Shown here: positions 12,101 through 25,823 of the stretch, piece after piece
Layout of the letters: the number at the start of each line of letters is the position of its first letter
Numbering within the stretch: position 1 is the stretch's first letter
Source of the DNA: Rhynchobatus australiae
Lineage: Eukaryota
Reading direction: 5' to 3'
DNA length: 64,000 nucleotides
Assembly: GCA_034780895.1 (NCBI GenBank)
Contig: JAUZTB010000057.1
Location: 23,209,451-23,273,450, forward strand
Translations under genes and position numbers: made by a program
Notes under the pieces: generated by a model
Databases searched by the model: none
Seen by the model: the letters and a program-made list of their open reading frames with translations, nothing else
Told to the model about the DNA's origin: nothing

Positions 12101-14632
12101 AGCCAGTCAGTCAGAGTTCAATACTTTGATATAGACAGTTAAAACAATTTTGATCACATTTCCTAGGCAGTATTTTTTTGTGGGACAAAAAAGAAGCATC
12201 TGTAACTGGGTGCACATAAGAAATCATAGGTAAGTAAATAAGACAGAAAATTGGAAAACATATCACCACTGATGAGAAAAAATGGTGAAAGCATCTGTTG
12301 TCTCCTCTCAGTCTTGTCTACGCAATTGCGATTGCTGCAGGGACAGCAGCAAACAATTAAGTGGATGTGGAAAAGATACTCCACAAAGCTTGCCAATGTC
12401 TTGGGAGGACAGTTTATACTGCTGATCTAGGAGTTTCCTGCCAGCTGAAATAGAGCCAGCTCTCTATGAAATAATACATCAAGAAACTAGCTTATGCTGC
12501 AGAATATTAAAACTCCTATACAAGAATAACCAAAGAAATAAAAACTAGACTTGAAAGAAATAGAATTATAAAGCTTTACATCCATTCAAGTATAACCTCA
12601 CTTATGTGGAACAAAATTATGAGACACTTGGAGAAGTCTGAGTTAATAAAGGACAGCCAACACAGTTGTTAAAAGGCAACTCATGCTTGACTGATTATGT
12701 ATCACGAGGTAACATATAAAGATACATCCAGCTGAGGGCAGAAATAGGTCACGCAGCCCCTTAAGTATGCTCTGCCAATCAATGAAATCATGGCTGATCT
12801 GAACATAACTGGCTCCAGTGACCTGAGTTCAAACCTGACCTCCAGGGTTGTGTGGATACACAAGAGACTACAGGTGATGGAATCATCTGACATGAGACTA
12901 CAGGTCAGCAACGAACAATTTGCTTGAGGAACTCAAGGGTGAGCAGCATCTGTGGGGGGAGAGGAAGGAATTGTCGACATTTTGGGTCAAAGTCTTGCAT
13001 CGGGCCTAAGACTGGAGAGGGGAGATAGCTAGTAAAGAGGAAAGGAGGAGGTGAGNNNNNNNNNNNNNNNNNNNNNNNNNNNNNNNNNNNNNNNNNNNNN
13101 NNNNNNNNNNNNNNNNNNNNNNNNNNNNNNNNNNNNNNNNNNNNNNNNNNNNNNNNNNNNNNNNNNNNNNNNNNNNNNNNNNNNNNNNNNNNNNNNNNNN
13201 NNNNNNNNNNNNNNNNNNNNNNNNNNNNNNNNNNNNNNNNNNNNNNNNNNNNNNNNNNNNNNNNNNNNNNNNNNNNNNNNNNNNNNNNNNNNNNNNNNNN
13301 NNNNNNNNNNNNNNNNNNNNNNNNNNNNNNNNNNNNNNNNNNNNNNNNNNNNNNNNNNNNNNNNNNNNNNNNNNNNNNNNNNNNNNNNNNNNNNNNNNNN
13401 NNNNNNNNNNNNNNNNNNNNNNNNNNNNNNNNNNNNNNNNNNNNNNNNCAGAAGTGAGGGTTACCTGGAAGTGTGGAGTTTACACATTCTTACTATAACC
13501 AAGTGGATTTCCTCCAAGTGCTCTGGTTTCCTCCCACATCCCAAAGACGTGGGATGGTAGGTTGGCCACTGTAAATTTCTTCTGTGTAGTTGAGTGTTAG
13601 AATCTGGGGGAAGTTGATGGTAATGTGGGTAAATATAGGATTAATGCAAGTGGGTGCTTGACGGTCAACACAGATATGGTGGGCCAAGGGACCCATTTTC
13701 CATGCTGTATGACTCAACTCCATAATCCCCCTTATACTCAGCAACTTTTCACCTCCTTGCTTATGAAGAATCTGTCTCTGCCTGCAAAATATTCAAAGAT
13801 TGCTTCCAGTACACCTTGAAGAAGAATATTCCAAACACCCATTACCTTCTGACAGAAGGTTGACAAAGAGAATGGGGCAAATGTCAAATGACTTCTTAAA
13901 ATCCATTTGGATGACAAAGACCTACATAAAAAACTGACCAGCATGATTTAAGGAAAAAACTATTTTTTGTGGTAAATAGCAGTTTTTCTGACTGGAGGTA
14001 AATAAGCAGGGATCATCACTAGGACCACTGTTCTTTTCTGAAATATATTCATGACCTTGATATGGATGCGTGGAGTAATATTTCAAAAGTCGCGGACAAC
14101 ATCAGAGATATGGTAAAGCATGACAATGATAGACAGCTGAGGACATGAACAGGCTGACAGCATGGGCAGGCAGGTACCTGGAAAAGTAGACATAGAAGAT
14201 ATTTATTTAAATGGTTCTAGGATGAAAGAGAGAGATTTCAGTTACAATGTTTGACTAAAGAAGCAGAGATTTTTCTCCATGGACCAAAGAAAATTGAGAG
14301 GAGATTTGACAAAGCTATACAAGAACAAGCTTGGTTTGGATAGGGTATTTGTTAGCAGATGATTCAAGGACCAATGGAAACAGTTTTGTTGTGATAGAGA
14401 AAATATAAAAGGATTTTTATTCTTGCATCTTCCTTGTATTTATGCACATCATGGTTATGATTTGGAACTTGCTGCCTGTAAGGGTAGTGGATATAGAATT
14501 GTTACATCACAGAAGAAAGATTACTGTCCAAGTTAGATTATTAACCAGACACTAAGCTGTTTGGCTACTGAATTTTGAAGCTTAGAAGTTACGTTGTCAA
14601 ATAAGCACAGGGCAAAGTTTGCAGTGTAGATA

Positions 14633-14893
14633 GAGTAAAACTCTGAAAATCTGATGCCTGACTTTTTGGATATCCCAGTGGTTCAGCATCTGGCTCGACA
14701 GGCTCTGGTTCCCATGGTCCCTCCAAATTTATCAGGTTCACCAGAAAATGTATTATTCTACCATGTAACATTTTTTTTAAAGTGAATTAAAAGTGTGTTG
14801 GAGAATTAATAGGAATAACATTCAATAGTCTGGAAGTCTGCTAGTCTGGCACCACCAAAGTACTGAGCATAACAGATTAACAGAATTTTACTG
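14633..14893. mobile_element. Non-autonomous Tc1/mariner-Tigger-like DNA transposon (MITE)
   Basis: Terminal inverted repeats gagtaaaactctgaaaatctg and (reverse complement) cagtaaaattctgttaatctg, 17/21 identical. TA on the left flank and CA on the right. Confidence 0.6.
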
Positions 14894-17608
14894 CATTTAC
14901 TAACTTAAAAACAACAAACTGAAATTACAGACATCCTCTCCACTAATCTTACAAGCTCCCTGCTCTAGGCTTTCCCTACCTGGGGTAAAAAAAAGGATAA
15001 GCCATTTCAGCTTCAAAACAATGGAAATACTAATTCTACAGTTTTAACATTATTACTCTGAGAAATTGTTCTCCTTTCAAACTGAATTATAGTTCAAATC
15101 ATCCTGAATAGATATCTTTACAAAAGTCATTTAGCATTTTAAGATCATTGACACATTTTTAAAAAAATTGCTCCATCAAATTGATGTACTCAAGTCTCAT
15201 NNNNNNNNNNNNNNNNNNNNNNNNNNNNNNNNNNNNNNNNNNNNNNNNNNNNNNNNNNNNNNNNNNNNNNNNNNNNNNNNNNNNNNNNNNNNNNNNNNNN
15301 NNNNNNNNNNNNNNNNNNNNNNNNNNNNNNNNNNNNNNNNNNNNNNNNNNNNNNNNNNNNNNNNNNNNNNNNNNNNNNNNNNNNNNNNNNNNNNNNNNNN
15401 NNNNNNNNNNNNNNNNNNNNNNNNNNNNNNNNNNNNNNNNNNNNNNNNNNNNNNNNNNNNNNNNNNNNNNNNNNNNNNNNNNNNNNNNNNNNNNNNNNNN
15501 NNNNNNNNNNNNNNNNNNNNNNNNNNNNNNNNNNNNNNNNNNNNNNNNNNNNNNNNNNNNNNNNNNNNNNNNNNNNNNNNNNNNNNNNNNNNNNNNNNNN
15601 NGGTGATATTGGTCAAAGGATATGCTTTGGCCAAAACATTATGGGAAACTCCCTACAAATTTTAGCAGCGAGTATTTTTTAAACATAAGTGCTTGGGGTC
15701 TTGTTTAATATTTAAAAACACAATCCAATAATAGTACCAGAGTGTCATCCTGGATTATGGGCTCAAATTCTATAATACGTCTTAACCCAAAGCTTTCTCA
15801 CTCAGTTACAAGAATATCAGGCTCGATTAAATTATAGCAAGTATTTAAAAATTCATCCATATTAACTTTCTGAATTTTGCTGCTTTATTAGTTTGCTATC
15901 TATTATGGTATCATAATATCTGACAAGTTGATGAACCTAGTTTTTCCCTATTATTTTTGAGTCCTTTTTGAGATTGTTATTGACAAGATAATACTTAATT
16001 ATACACCTTTATTTACAGACAAACCCAACTAATCATCTATAATATTCCATCAAGGAGAAATCAGTAAAATCAAACTTAGGGTATTTTGAGAGCTATTATC
16101 CCTCATAAACGTAAATTTAAAAGTTATGTTTTATCTGCACTTTGTTTGTCATAGACCAACAGAAGAATTCTGCTTGCCAGTCCTTCAATCTTATCTTTTT
16201 GGGGACAGGGTTGGAAATTGACACAGGTTCATCTATCAAATAAACACTGTGGATTCTTAACATTGCAGAGCTAACTAATAAAAGAAATGATGCAAAACAG
16301 AGACTGGACCATGGCATGCACATAGAAAATCTGTGCCTGATGCACCCTCCAAGGACTGGAATTGAGAATACTGCGTTGTGATCAAGGTTGCAAAATCCAC
16401 TACTGCAGCAAACATTTACTGCATCAGCAAGCGTGCAAATGATCAATAATACACTCCCATGATAGCTACAGCAAGCTGCGCCAGAACTATAAAAGATGCA
16501 GCCAATGCACAAAAAAATTACTGCAGCAATCAAGTGAAATTTGATTCTTCCTTACATCATCATAGCATGGTGAACAGAATCATCGAACAGTATACACTGT
16601 TTGACCTTGAAAGCTCAGAATCATTGTTGATTCAATCCTACATATATTCAGTATAACAATCTTATCTTTGCACCATAATTTTAACAACTTAAATTTATAA
16701 AGCACATATAACCTGGGAAGATTTTACTGTGCTTTATAAATTAAATTGTTAAAATATGGTGCAAAGAGTGCTTATACTGAATATATGCAGGATATTGTGC
16801 CTTATCAAACAAAATTTCTTATCAAGCCACTTAAATATCAGGATAGCTAAAGATTTAGTCAAACAGGTAGGTTTTGGGGATCATCTTAAAAGAAAGCACA
16901 GCGAGGCAGGGACTGAAAAAAATTACTAAACTCAGGACCCAAGCAGTTCATTTGATTAAGATGGAGCAATGAAAGTCAGGATATGCAAGATGCTCAGTTT
17001 GAAGGAGATTATGCTAAGGACAGATGAGGGCATGACAGGCATTGACCATTTTTAAAGAGGTGACTGAGGGAGAAGCAGACCAGTAACCTATTCAGTTCAG
17101 AGAGAACAAGGCGGTTGCTGAATGGGTGTAAATTACGATGAAGGCAACGTTTCAGATGATCCCAAGTTTACAGAGCCTGCAAGATGGAAGATCACAAAGT
17201 GTTGAAATGCTCATATCCATACATAATAGAGCAATGGTTGACCCAGAAGCAGATATGCTAAGACAGCAGTGATTGGTGATGTTACAATGGTGGAGGTAGG
17301 CTATGTGGTGACAGAAAGAGTGTTTTTGGCTTTGAAACTCAGCTCAGGCAAAACAGGACACTAAAATTATGAACACCAGGCAAAAGCCAAGGAGGATGGA
17401 GCACGTAGGGCAGGAAAGGATTCTGTGGTTAAGAAACAGCATTTGTGGCAAATCCAAAGACAATGGATTCTATCTTTACACTATTGGACAAAATCACTGC
17501 TGTTTCACTCATGGACAATGAAATGAGCAGAACTTTCTACCAAATTAAAAGGGGGGGGGGGGTCAGAGATCAAAAGGAATCTTTGAACAAAAGAAGAAAT
17601 GTTTCATG

Positions 17609-17803
17609 CAGCAACAATCTGCTGGAAGAAGTCAGCAGGTCAAGCAGCATTTGTAGGAGGAAAGGAAATGCTAACATTTCGGTCAAAACCCTTCATCAGA
17701 ACTCTACATCCTGATGCAGTGTTTCGACCCGAAACATCAGCAATTCCTTTCCTCCCACAGATGCTGCTTGACCCGTTGAGCTCTTCCAGCAATTATTTGT
17801 TGC
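17609..17803. repeat. Head-to-head (palindromic) pair of a common retroelement terminal repeat (cagatgctgc..gacctgctgag..ctccagc family, Penelope-like)
   Basis: Arms of about 90 bp are imperfect reverse complements. Single copies of the motif occur at about 3560-3630, 10900, 19860, 24680-24800, 38360, 41800 and 49640. Confidence 0.6.
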
Positions 17804-18732
17804 TACATATTCCAGCATCTGCAATCTCTTGCATCTCCAAGGAGAGTTTCGTGTTCAATGGGTTGCATGCAGTTACTTAAAATACAACAAAATTTTGTTT
17901 CCAAAAAGTAGCATGTCTCAATAAAAAGTAGTTGTATCAAAGATTGCACATAGATGGTTCACTAATAAAGCAGAGCCAAAAGCAGCCATTTGAAATAGAA
18001 ATTCACAATGAGGACATTTACAGCCAATGAAGCACTTTTGAAATGTGGGAAAACACTTTGTATGTGCACAGTAAAATCCTATATTAAATAGTCAATGAGC
18101 TTCATGAACAAAGAATCTGTTTTCATGTCATCATGAGTAGGTCACTAGGATGCCAAGGCTGATCATCTATCACAAGTTGGTTAATGCAAACTGATGCCAG
18201 TGTTTGCAACATAAAACAACAGTGCATCTTGTCTGGCACTTGTCTGGTGCCACAACATGAAAGCTAAAAGTTGGCTTACAGCAAAACCCACAGAAAGCAT
18301 TTGACCATTTGTTCTTTTCTCACTCTTTTTGTGTTCCTCAGTTCCTTTCAACTTATTTTGATTTTTTTTTCTTTGCTAAATTTTCCATCCATCACATTCT
18401 TACTTTCACTTTTAACATTCTGATTTCTCAAAAGAAACAGAATCTGATTACATGATACAGAAAATACATTCTATTACAATGGTCATAACTTCATGGAACT
18501 AAGGAAAGTCTGCTAGTTACATTAAAACTCTTGGACAATGCTCAATTTAGTTTACCCACTTTTCAGACAGGTATTTGAAAATATATAAAATGATGAACAT
18601 GACTGATAGGTGAATTGGCTAATTTAATTGTCCCTTGGTGTAGGTTAATAAAAAAAAATCAAAGGGTGTTGATGGGCATGTGTGAGAGAGAAAGTTAGTT
18701 GCAAGGGTACAGGGGAAAGAGGAGTGGTACTA

Positions 18733-19367
18733 TTAGAACATAGAACAGTACAGCACAGGAACAGGCCCTTTGCCCACAACGTTGTGCCGAACCAATTACA
18801 TTAGTAATAAAATGCCCAACTAAACTAATCCCTTCTGCCTACACAATGTCTATATCCTACCATTTCCCTCACATTCATGTTCCTATCTAAGAGCTTCCTG
18901 AATGTCCCTGTTGTATTTACCTCTACCAACACCCCAGGCAGCGCATTCCAGGCACCCACCACTCTGTGTAAAAAAAAAATTGCCCCAGACAGCTCCTTTG
19001 ATCTTACCCCCTACTACCTGAAATGCATGCCCTCTGGTATTAGACATTTCAACCCGGGGGAAAAGATACTGGCTGTCTACTCTATCTATGCCTCTCATAA
19101 TCTTATAAACCTCTGTAAGATCTCCCCACAGCCTCCTTCACTCCAGAGAGAACAAATCAAGTTTGTCCAACCTATCGTCATAGCACATGCCCTCTAATCC
19201 AGGTAGCATCTTGGTAAATCTCTTCTGCACCCTCTCCAAAGCCTCGGCATCCTTCCTATAATGGGGCGACCAGAACTGAATGCAACATTCCAGATGCAGT
19301 CTAACTCAAGTTTTATAAAGCTGCAGCATAACTTCCTGACTCTTGAACTCAATGCCTCAATATGTAG
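18733..19367 (-). mobile_element. CR1/HER1-type LINE 3' end
   Basis: tagaacatagaacagtacagcacaggaacaggccc tail; RT C-terminal remnant MRGIDRVDSQYLFPRVEMSNTRGH on the minus strand. Confidence 0.85.
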
Positions 19368-21559
19368 CAAGTCCAAGCAAAAGCTGAACGTGATCACAGG
19401 AAAGATTCATGCGATTCCACAATCCTTCCCACTGTTCTCACAGCCCACAACAACTGCAGTTCACAATACAACAATGCATTATTTCCCAGAGACATGAGAT
19501 ACTGGGCAGGAATTTCCAATTGAGCATTGATTGAATTATTATTCTTTAATGACTTAGGAGTGACACTCAGAAATTGTGTTTGCAGCCTAAACTGCATCTT
19601 CGTGAGGCAACTGCCTCTTTTTTTTTGTTGCTTACTTTAACCCATATGATTTTTCTGGTACATTTTCCCTCCTCACAGCTGCAATCATTTCCTTAAGCAA
19701 TATTGCTACATCCCCCTTTTCTTTACATTTACTTATCCCCAGAGTAATCCTGGCATCACCCTATCACAGAAATTCCCTTTGTTCCATCCACATCTTCTTC
19801 CATCTTCTCTGCAACTTAAAACTATCTATATTATCGCTTTTTCCCTGTTCTGATAAATGGTCTCCAAGCTGAAATGTTAACTTGTTTTGTGTATCCACAG
19901 GTGCCACATAAACCTGCTGAATGTTTCTAGCATTTTCTGTTTTTTTTCTGAACCACCACTCTCCAAGACCTCTGATCAGGAATGTTGAGCTCTAGCTCCT
20001 GCNNNNNNNNNNNNNNNNNNNNNNNNNNNNNNNNNNATATCATACTCCTGCACGCTTATCTGCCCTCAGCTCACCTTTACTTCTTATACACCTTACATTA
20101 AAGTGTAAACAAGTAGACATTGCCAAACAGTTTTTATCCCCTGCCCCCTGCCAATCTTTGGTTCTTCTGCCATCCAAACAGTCCTTGGTCATCAGCATCT
20201 CAAAGGATCTGTCCTGGGCCCAACACATTAATGCAATCATGAATATGGCTTGTTCCCCACCCCCCAACCCCAGAATCCAACATAGAAATAATAGCCTACT
20301 TATTAGACATCCAAGACCACAACAAAGAGAGGTAAAGGAAATGAAGAATTTAGAATCAGTGGAATTGATGTTGAAAGACAGAAGGCACAGAGGTGAAAAT
20401 TTGCACAAGTTCAACATGAAGTCAGAAATAAAATGGACACAACTTATCTTTCTATTCAAAGTATTAAGTTACAAGCTATAATCAGCCAGTCCTGGAACTG
20501 TTAAAGTGCTTGTCACCCCAAAGGTAAAGAGCTGTGACTGCAGTTAAATAGACATTGTTTCACACTCTCCTGAATGGAGACGGCCATGACTTCGGCACAT
20601 CTGCTGCATTTGAAGTAGGTTTGAAGATTTATAATTTTACAAATTCCTTAATCTGCCATACAAACCCCATGTAACCAACACAGACCATACATATTTCATT
20701 TACCTCGAGGAAATGCACGACTATAATACTTAAATATTTCTGAACACATCCACATGGTTGTGTCCATAGTGATTTTTAAACCCAATTCTATTCAAACACT
20801 AACCCAACTACTAATACTAGAACCAATTACTAACCATTTTGTATAATTCAAGCCCAAATTATGCTGCCAATCAGGTATGTTACCAATGGGGGAAATATTT
20901 GTTAGCTTCTATCCTGCCAAATTCTAATAGCTACCTACTGTAAAGTGTGATACTAAAGAGTCAAAGTTTGCAAAGCAATACAATACTGCACTCAGCCGTA
21001 ACAGCTTGTTGATATCCAAAAGTTTTGAGATATTGGCACAATACATTCATTTTGTGCATATTACTTGGCATATCAGCATAGTTTTAGCTAAAAACGGCTG
21101 AGAAAATATTAATCCCAGTGATTAAAGCAGGGCTTTGAAAAAAAATTGCCCTGAACTTAAACAAAACTGAAATATCCTTCAAATACTCTGAAACGGTTTA
21201 CAACCATGTGCAACACATGTGACTAATCTCACACATCCAAGGGAACCTAACGCTGTGCATCAATTTCATCTTGTGCTTTTATTACGAAAATGCAGAAAAC
21301 TCCGATGATTTCACGTTATGTCCGCACAAAAGGACAAAATAGTTGCTGGTGGTCTATTTCTTCCCCTCCGCCATCAGATTTCTGAACTCGTGAACACTAC
21401 CACGTTATTCCTCTTCTGCATGATTTATTTATTTTTGTAATTTAGAGTAACTTTTATGTTTGGCACTGTGCTGCTGCCGCAAAACAACAAACTTCACGAC
21501 ATGTCAGTGATAATAACCCTGATTCCGGAGTAGATCACAAGGACATATTAAGCTGAATG

Positions 21560-22230
21560 AACTCGGTCCTTCAGATGGCTGGGAGCAGCGCGGGAGGGTC
21601 GACCATAAACAATTGCAGAAGGAGAGAATAAAAATTCCTGCGCTTGCACCAGGGCGCTTTAACCTCAGTAGTGCCGAAGAGGCACTGAGTGGACAACGGG
21701 TCACCAGGGCAGGTTAGCGATCTGAGTAGGTGGCCCTGCACTGGGAACTAAAACCCACGGCGTTACATCTAAAGGGGTCTGGCAGGGATACCCGCCATTT
21801 TAGGAATGCCTCGCAGGCCGCACACACGGCGCCGGCCCGCTGCCCGCTCAGCCTGCACCGGGTACGGTACTCACAATGAAAGCTGTCATATCCCTCCTCC
21901 AATTCCGAGCGGGACCCCCCGCTCCACCATTTGGCGGTTTATTGGTTAAAAAGTCAGCATCACCTCCGCCGACTTCATTTTGTGTGTGCTCGTCATCGGA
22001 TTCAACCCAACGGCGAACTCTGACTACGTCATCTTCGGGCGGACCGCAGAACAACCCGAGCCCGAGCTTCGGCTCCCGCTCCGAAAGGAGCCGAATCAGC
22101 GTCCGGCTCTCCCGAAGATTTACGAAGTTGGCACGAAGGCTCGCCGGGTCTCTCAGTGCTTGGCGCCGCACTCGGAGTCTGCAACTTGCAACAGAATCTA
22201 TTTGTGTCGACTGGCCAAGGTTATATTAAC
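21560..22230 (-). promoter_or_regulatory. CpG-island promoter and probable first (largely non-coding) exon of the minus-strand zinc-finger gene
   Basis: GC/CpG-rich island in AT-rich surroundings. Minus-strand donor CATT|gtgagtac at 21874, CCAAT (attgg at 21941-21945) and a YY1-type motif ccgccatttt at 21792-21801. Linkage to the 8.1 kb exon is inferred. Confidence 0.6.
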
Positions 22231-25200
22231 CATTTGAAGACAGCCGTAGACTGCATTAAAACAGACAGACACACATTAACACATATCTTTAGATTCAATC
22301 AATCCAAAATAACCATGGATTCTCCAAAGGGTATAGCCAGAAAAAAGTGCACGGTTCTATTGCTGCATTGAAAATTAATCGAGATATTGTTATAAGTTGC
22401 AAAGTAAAATAAACAAAAAATTGTAAAAAGCGCGTTTCACAAGTGAGTTGCCTCCAAAAGCACTTTGTAAACAAATCTGCCCTGCTTTGAAATTTTTATT
22501 TTTGTTATTGTTATTAATTGTTACTGTTTAATTGAAGTCATTATTAAGTGTATTATAGTTGCTATGAAATGGATTTTACAATTAAATAATCTTAAAATTA
22601 GGTGATCCAGACGTTCGTGCGTAAATTTAAAAATTCCAAGTACCCTAAAATAAATAAATCTGTTTCTTCAGTAGGAAGGTCGAAAAGATCTCGGGTACTT
22701 GAATCACTGAAAATGTAAAAACATGTTAAATTAAAAGTCTGAGTCTTAAATATGTTTTAGAATTACAACATTCCGTCTATCTACAATCAATCAATATCTT
22801 TCTTCCACAATTTTACTCTTGGATTAAGCAATGTCGGTGTTTAAAACAGGAATAATACTGTTCTAAAGAGCTAAATTACGTAGTAATGTAAGCATAAAAT
22901 CTAAAAGAATGAGGGAGGAGAATTAAGGCAGAGAAAGGATTTTAGCCAATTTGTTGTCGTTAGGTATCCATATTAATTGACGCTTGCAATAATTGACCAG
23001 ACCTACAAGTTTTGCTATTTTTTGTTGTATATTACAAGGAATTCTGCTAACAGCAAGCTTTGAGCGTGTTCCGCTGATGAGCTGAAATCTTGGGTTTCAT
23101 AGTGATAGTGTGCTGATTTGGCATTTACTGAGGTATACTCCAATCTAAACATCAGGATCTATCGCTGACATTAATCAACGGAGACCACGTTATGTTATGA
23201 GGGGCAATTCTTCTATCCGAACATTTTTTCAAGCATCTATTCATCCATTTACTTAAACCAATCAGACGGATATTATTAAACACCAAAGGTCTGGTAAAAA
23301 GATGTACGTTCATTTGCACACACACTAAAGAAACTATGATAAAGTAAAAAAATGTTAGAGTTACCACCAATCCTGGGTCTCCTCAAATCGACAGATTGGC
23401 TCAGGTGCTTTATCCGGATCCCGATATTATTGTAAAACTAACATAAGTTGACTAAAAGATGAAATATGGACTAAATAGATTATTGGATTAATTCAAGGTA
23501 AAAGTGCTTTATATAGGGACTATACATTTACTGTTGTTTGTTACATTTATACGATTCATAGCATGCAGTCGATTAAAGGAAAATTATTTAGGATAGCTAC
23601 GGCACAGAATTTACAATGCCACACCCACTTCATAGAAACAGAAGTAGGCCATTTAACCACAAGAGTTTATTCTGCCAATCCGTAGGATCTTGCATATATG
23701 TGACTTGCCTGCATACCTGCCTCAGCAGTTTTCCTTTAGTTAATGAAAATCTTTGCCAGTGGGAAAATAAAGCTTAATATTTTTCGAGTATTAATTGCTA
23801 TTTATAGGAGAGAGCCAAACTAAGACCACTCTTTACCTTTATAAGTGCTTCTTAACATCATTCTTTTATTTGGGGTTTATATTGCCTGGTCCTGGATTTA
23901 TGAACCAAGGTATATGGTTCCTTACCTTCCACCTAGAGGTTTCTGTTAATATGTTGAAAGCATTGATTAAATTATTTTATAATATTTTATATTCTAAGGA
24001 ATACAACCCTAGTTTATCTAATTAGTCTTGGTGAAAGATCATCAACCAGAAACACTTACCCTGTTTCTCCCTCTATGGGTACTGCCTGTCCTGCTGAGAA
24101 TTTCCAGAATTTTCCATCTTTATCACCCTATTTTATTGACCTATAGTTATGAATCCCTAAGTCCTTTTAAATTCTATTTTTTCCATCTTCCTGTCTAAAT
24201 AGATTTGCTATTGCCATAATATGTCACATTCTAGTGCCAAAACTAGGCCTATATAATAATTACTTCTGTATTCCTGCCTCATAGCCTATTGCCAGTGGTG
24301 GTGTTATAGTGCCTCCACTTTGGAACCTTGGATGTACCAATTAGGTATGTAAGATTCTTCCTTGCCCCTCTCCCACTTGAACTAAACCAACCCCCACTCC
24401 ACTTTGCCTCTTCATTTCTTCCTTTTCCTAGCCTATTTCTCTTTTTCTCCTTGACATTTTTCTCTTTCTCTCTTTCCTTTTACTCCTCTCCCTCCCCCCC
24501 CATGTGGCACCTGTCTCTATACCTTTGACCCATCCCCCAGTGGATCTGCTCTCCCCTCCTCCCCTTCACCTGCTTATCGCCATCTCTTACCTGCATCTAC
24601 CTATCACCACCTTGTGCCCACCCTGCCTCCCCTCTGTTTCTCCCCCCTATATATTGGGCTTCTCCTTTTCCTATCTTCAGTCCTGAAGGAGGGTCCTGAC
24701 CTGAAGCATTGACCTTCTGATTTTCTCCACGGATGCTGCCTGACCTGCTGAGTTCCTCCAGCATCTTGTTGTTTTTTCATCTGGATTCCAGCATCTGCAG
24801 TCACTTATTTCTCTATGATTCATTACTGTAAATAGTTTGCCTGAGACATAAAGCAGAAAGAGGATCAAAGGAGTTGAGTGCAAAGCAGCATAAATTGGAT
24901 GGAAATAAAACAATACAAAGGCAATTAATGTGAAATGATCTACAGATGAAAATTAGAGTACGCTTCAGCAATCTTGACTCTGGAATAAATGAGCAGGGTT
25001 CCAAACCCAAATAGTTTTGCGACAAAGCCAATCATGTGCCAGACAGGAACCTGATGTCTAGAAGTTAATGGTTGATGCTTGGCTTGGGGAAAGGTGGACT
25101 GAGAACACGTTGTGTAAGGAGGTATATAAGTTTTATTGATGAAGACATGGAGTTCAAGGTCAAGGGGTGATGATAAATGCACAATTAGAGTACTGTGCCT

Positions 25201-25426
25201 TGCTTATGCTGCCTTCATTAAAGAAAGGACATTATAAAGAAATACAAAGACAGTGTAGAGCACAGTTACACTAAGATCATGCCAGGAACAATTATCTAAA
25301 ATTAATCTACAGTTATAATGAGAAACAAGCATTGAGGCTATCTTATTATAGTAGTTGAAAGTAAGATATTTTAACATATGGAAATTATAATAAGAATAGT
25401 GCCATTGATGAGAAATCATCAACTTA

Positions 25427-25823
25427 GGGTGGCACAGTGGTGCAGCTAGCAGAGCTGCTACTTCACAGAGCCAGAGACCCAAGTTCAATCCAGACCTTGG
25501 GTGCTGTTCGTGTGGAGTTTGCAGTTCTCCCTTTGACCACGTGGGTTTCTTCTGGGTACTCTGNNNNNNNNNNNNNNNNNNNNNNNNNNNNNNNNNNNNN
25601 NNNNNNNNNNNNNNNNNNNNNNNNNNNNNNNNNNNNNNNNNNNNNNNNNNNNNNNNNNNNNNNAAATTGCCCCTCGTATGTAGGTGACTGGTAGAATCTG
25701 GTGGGAGTGTGCAGAGAGTAAAATTGGGATTAACATGGGATTAGTGTAAACAGGTGGTTGATGGTCAGTGCAGACTTGATAGGCTGAAAGGCCTGTTTCT
25801 GTGCTATATCTCCCATGACTCTA
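25427..25823 (+). mobile_element. tRNA-derived HE1-like SINE (partly gapped); other copies at about 13480-13715 (+), 35170-35380 (-) and 38100-38315 (-)
   Basis: A box tggcacagtgg, B box gttcaatcc, central gtgggtttc core and a CR1-like 3' tail (ggctgaaaggcctgtttctgtgct). Confidence 0.8.

Noticed and set aside
14589-14771. Minus-strand ORF (…GPWEPEPVEPDAEPLGYPKSQ…) as an exon of the zinc-finger gene
   Set aside because: It lies largely inside the MITE defined by terminal inverted repeats (14633-14893), and its splice phases do not fit the neighbouring exons.
16117-16533. 138-aa Cys-rich minus-strand ORF
   Set aside because: No coherent domain or splice signals; appears to be decayed repeat-derived sequence.
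21848-22237. Several overlapping 70-117 aa ORFs in the CpG island
   Set aside because: Expected by chance in GC-rich DNA. There is no recognisable domain, most have non-ATG starts, and they occur on both strands.
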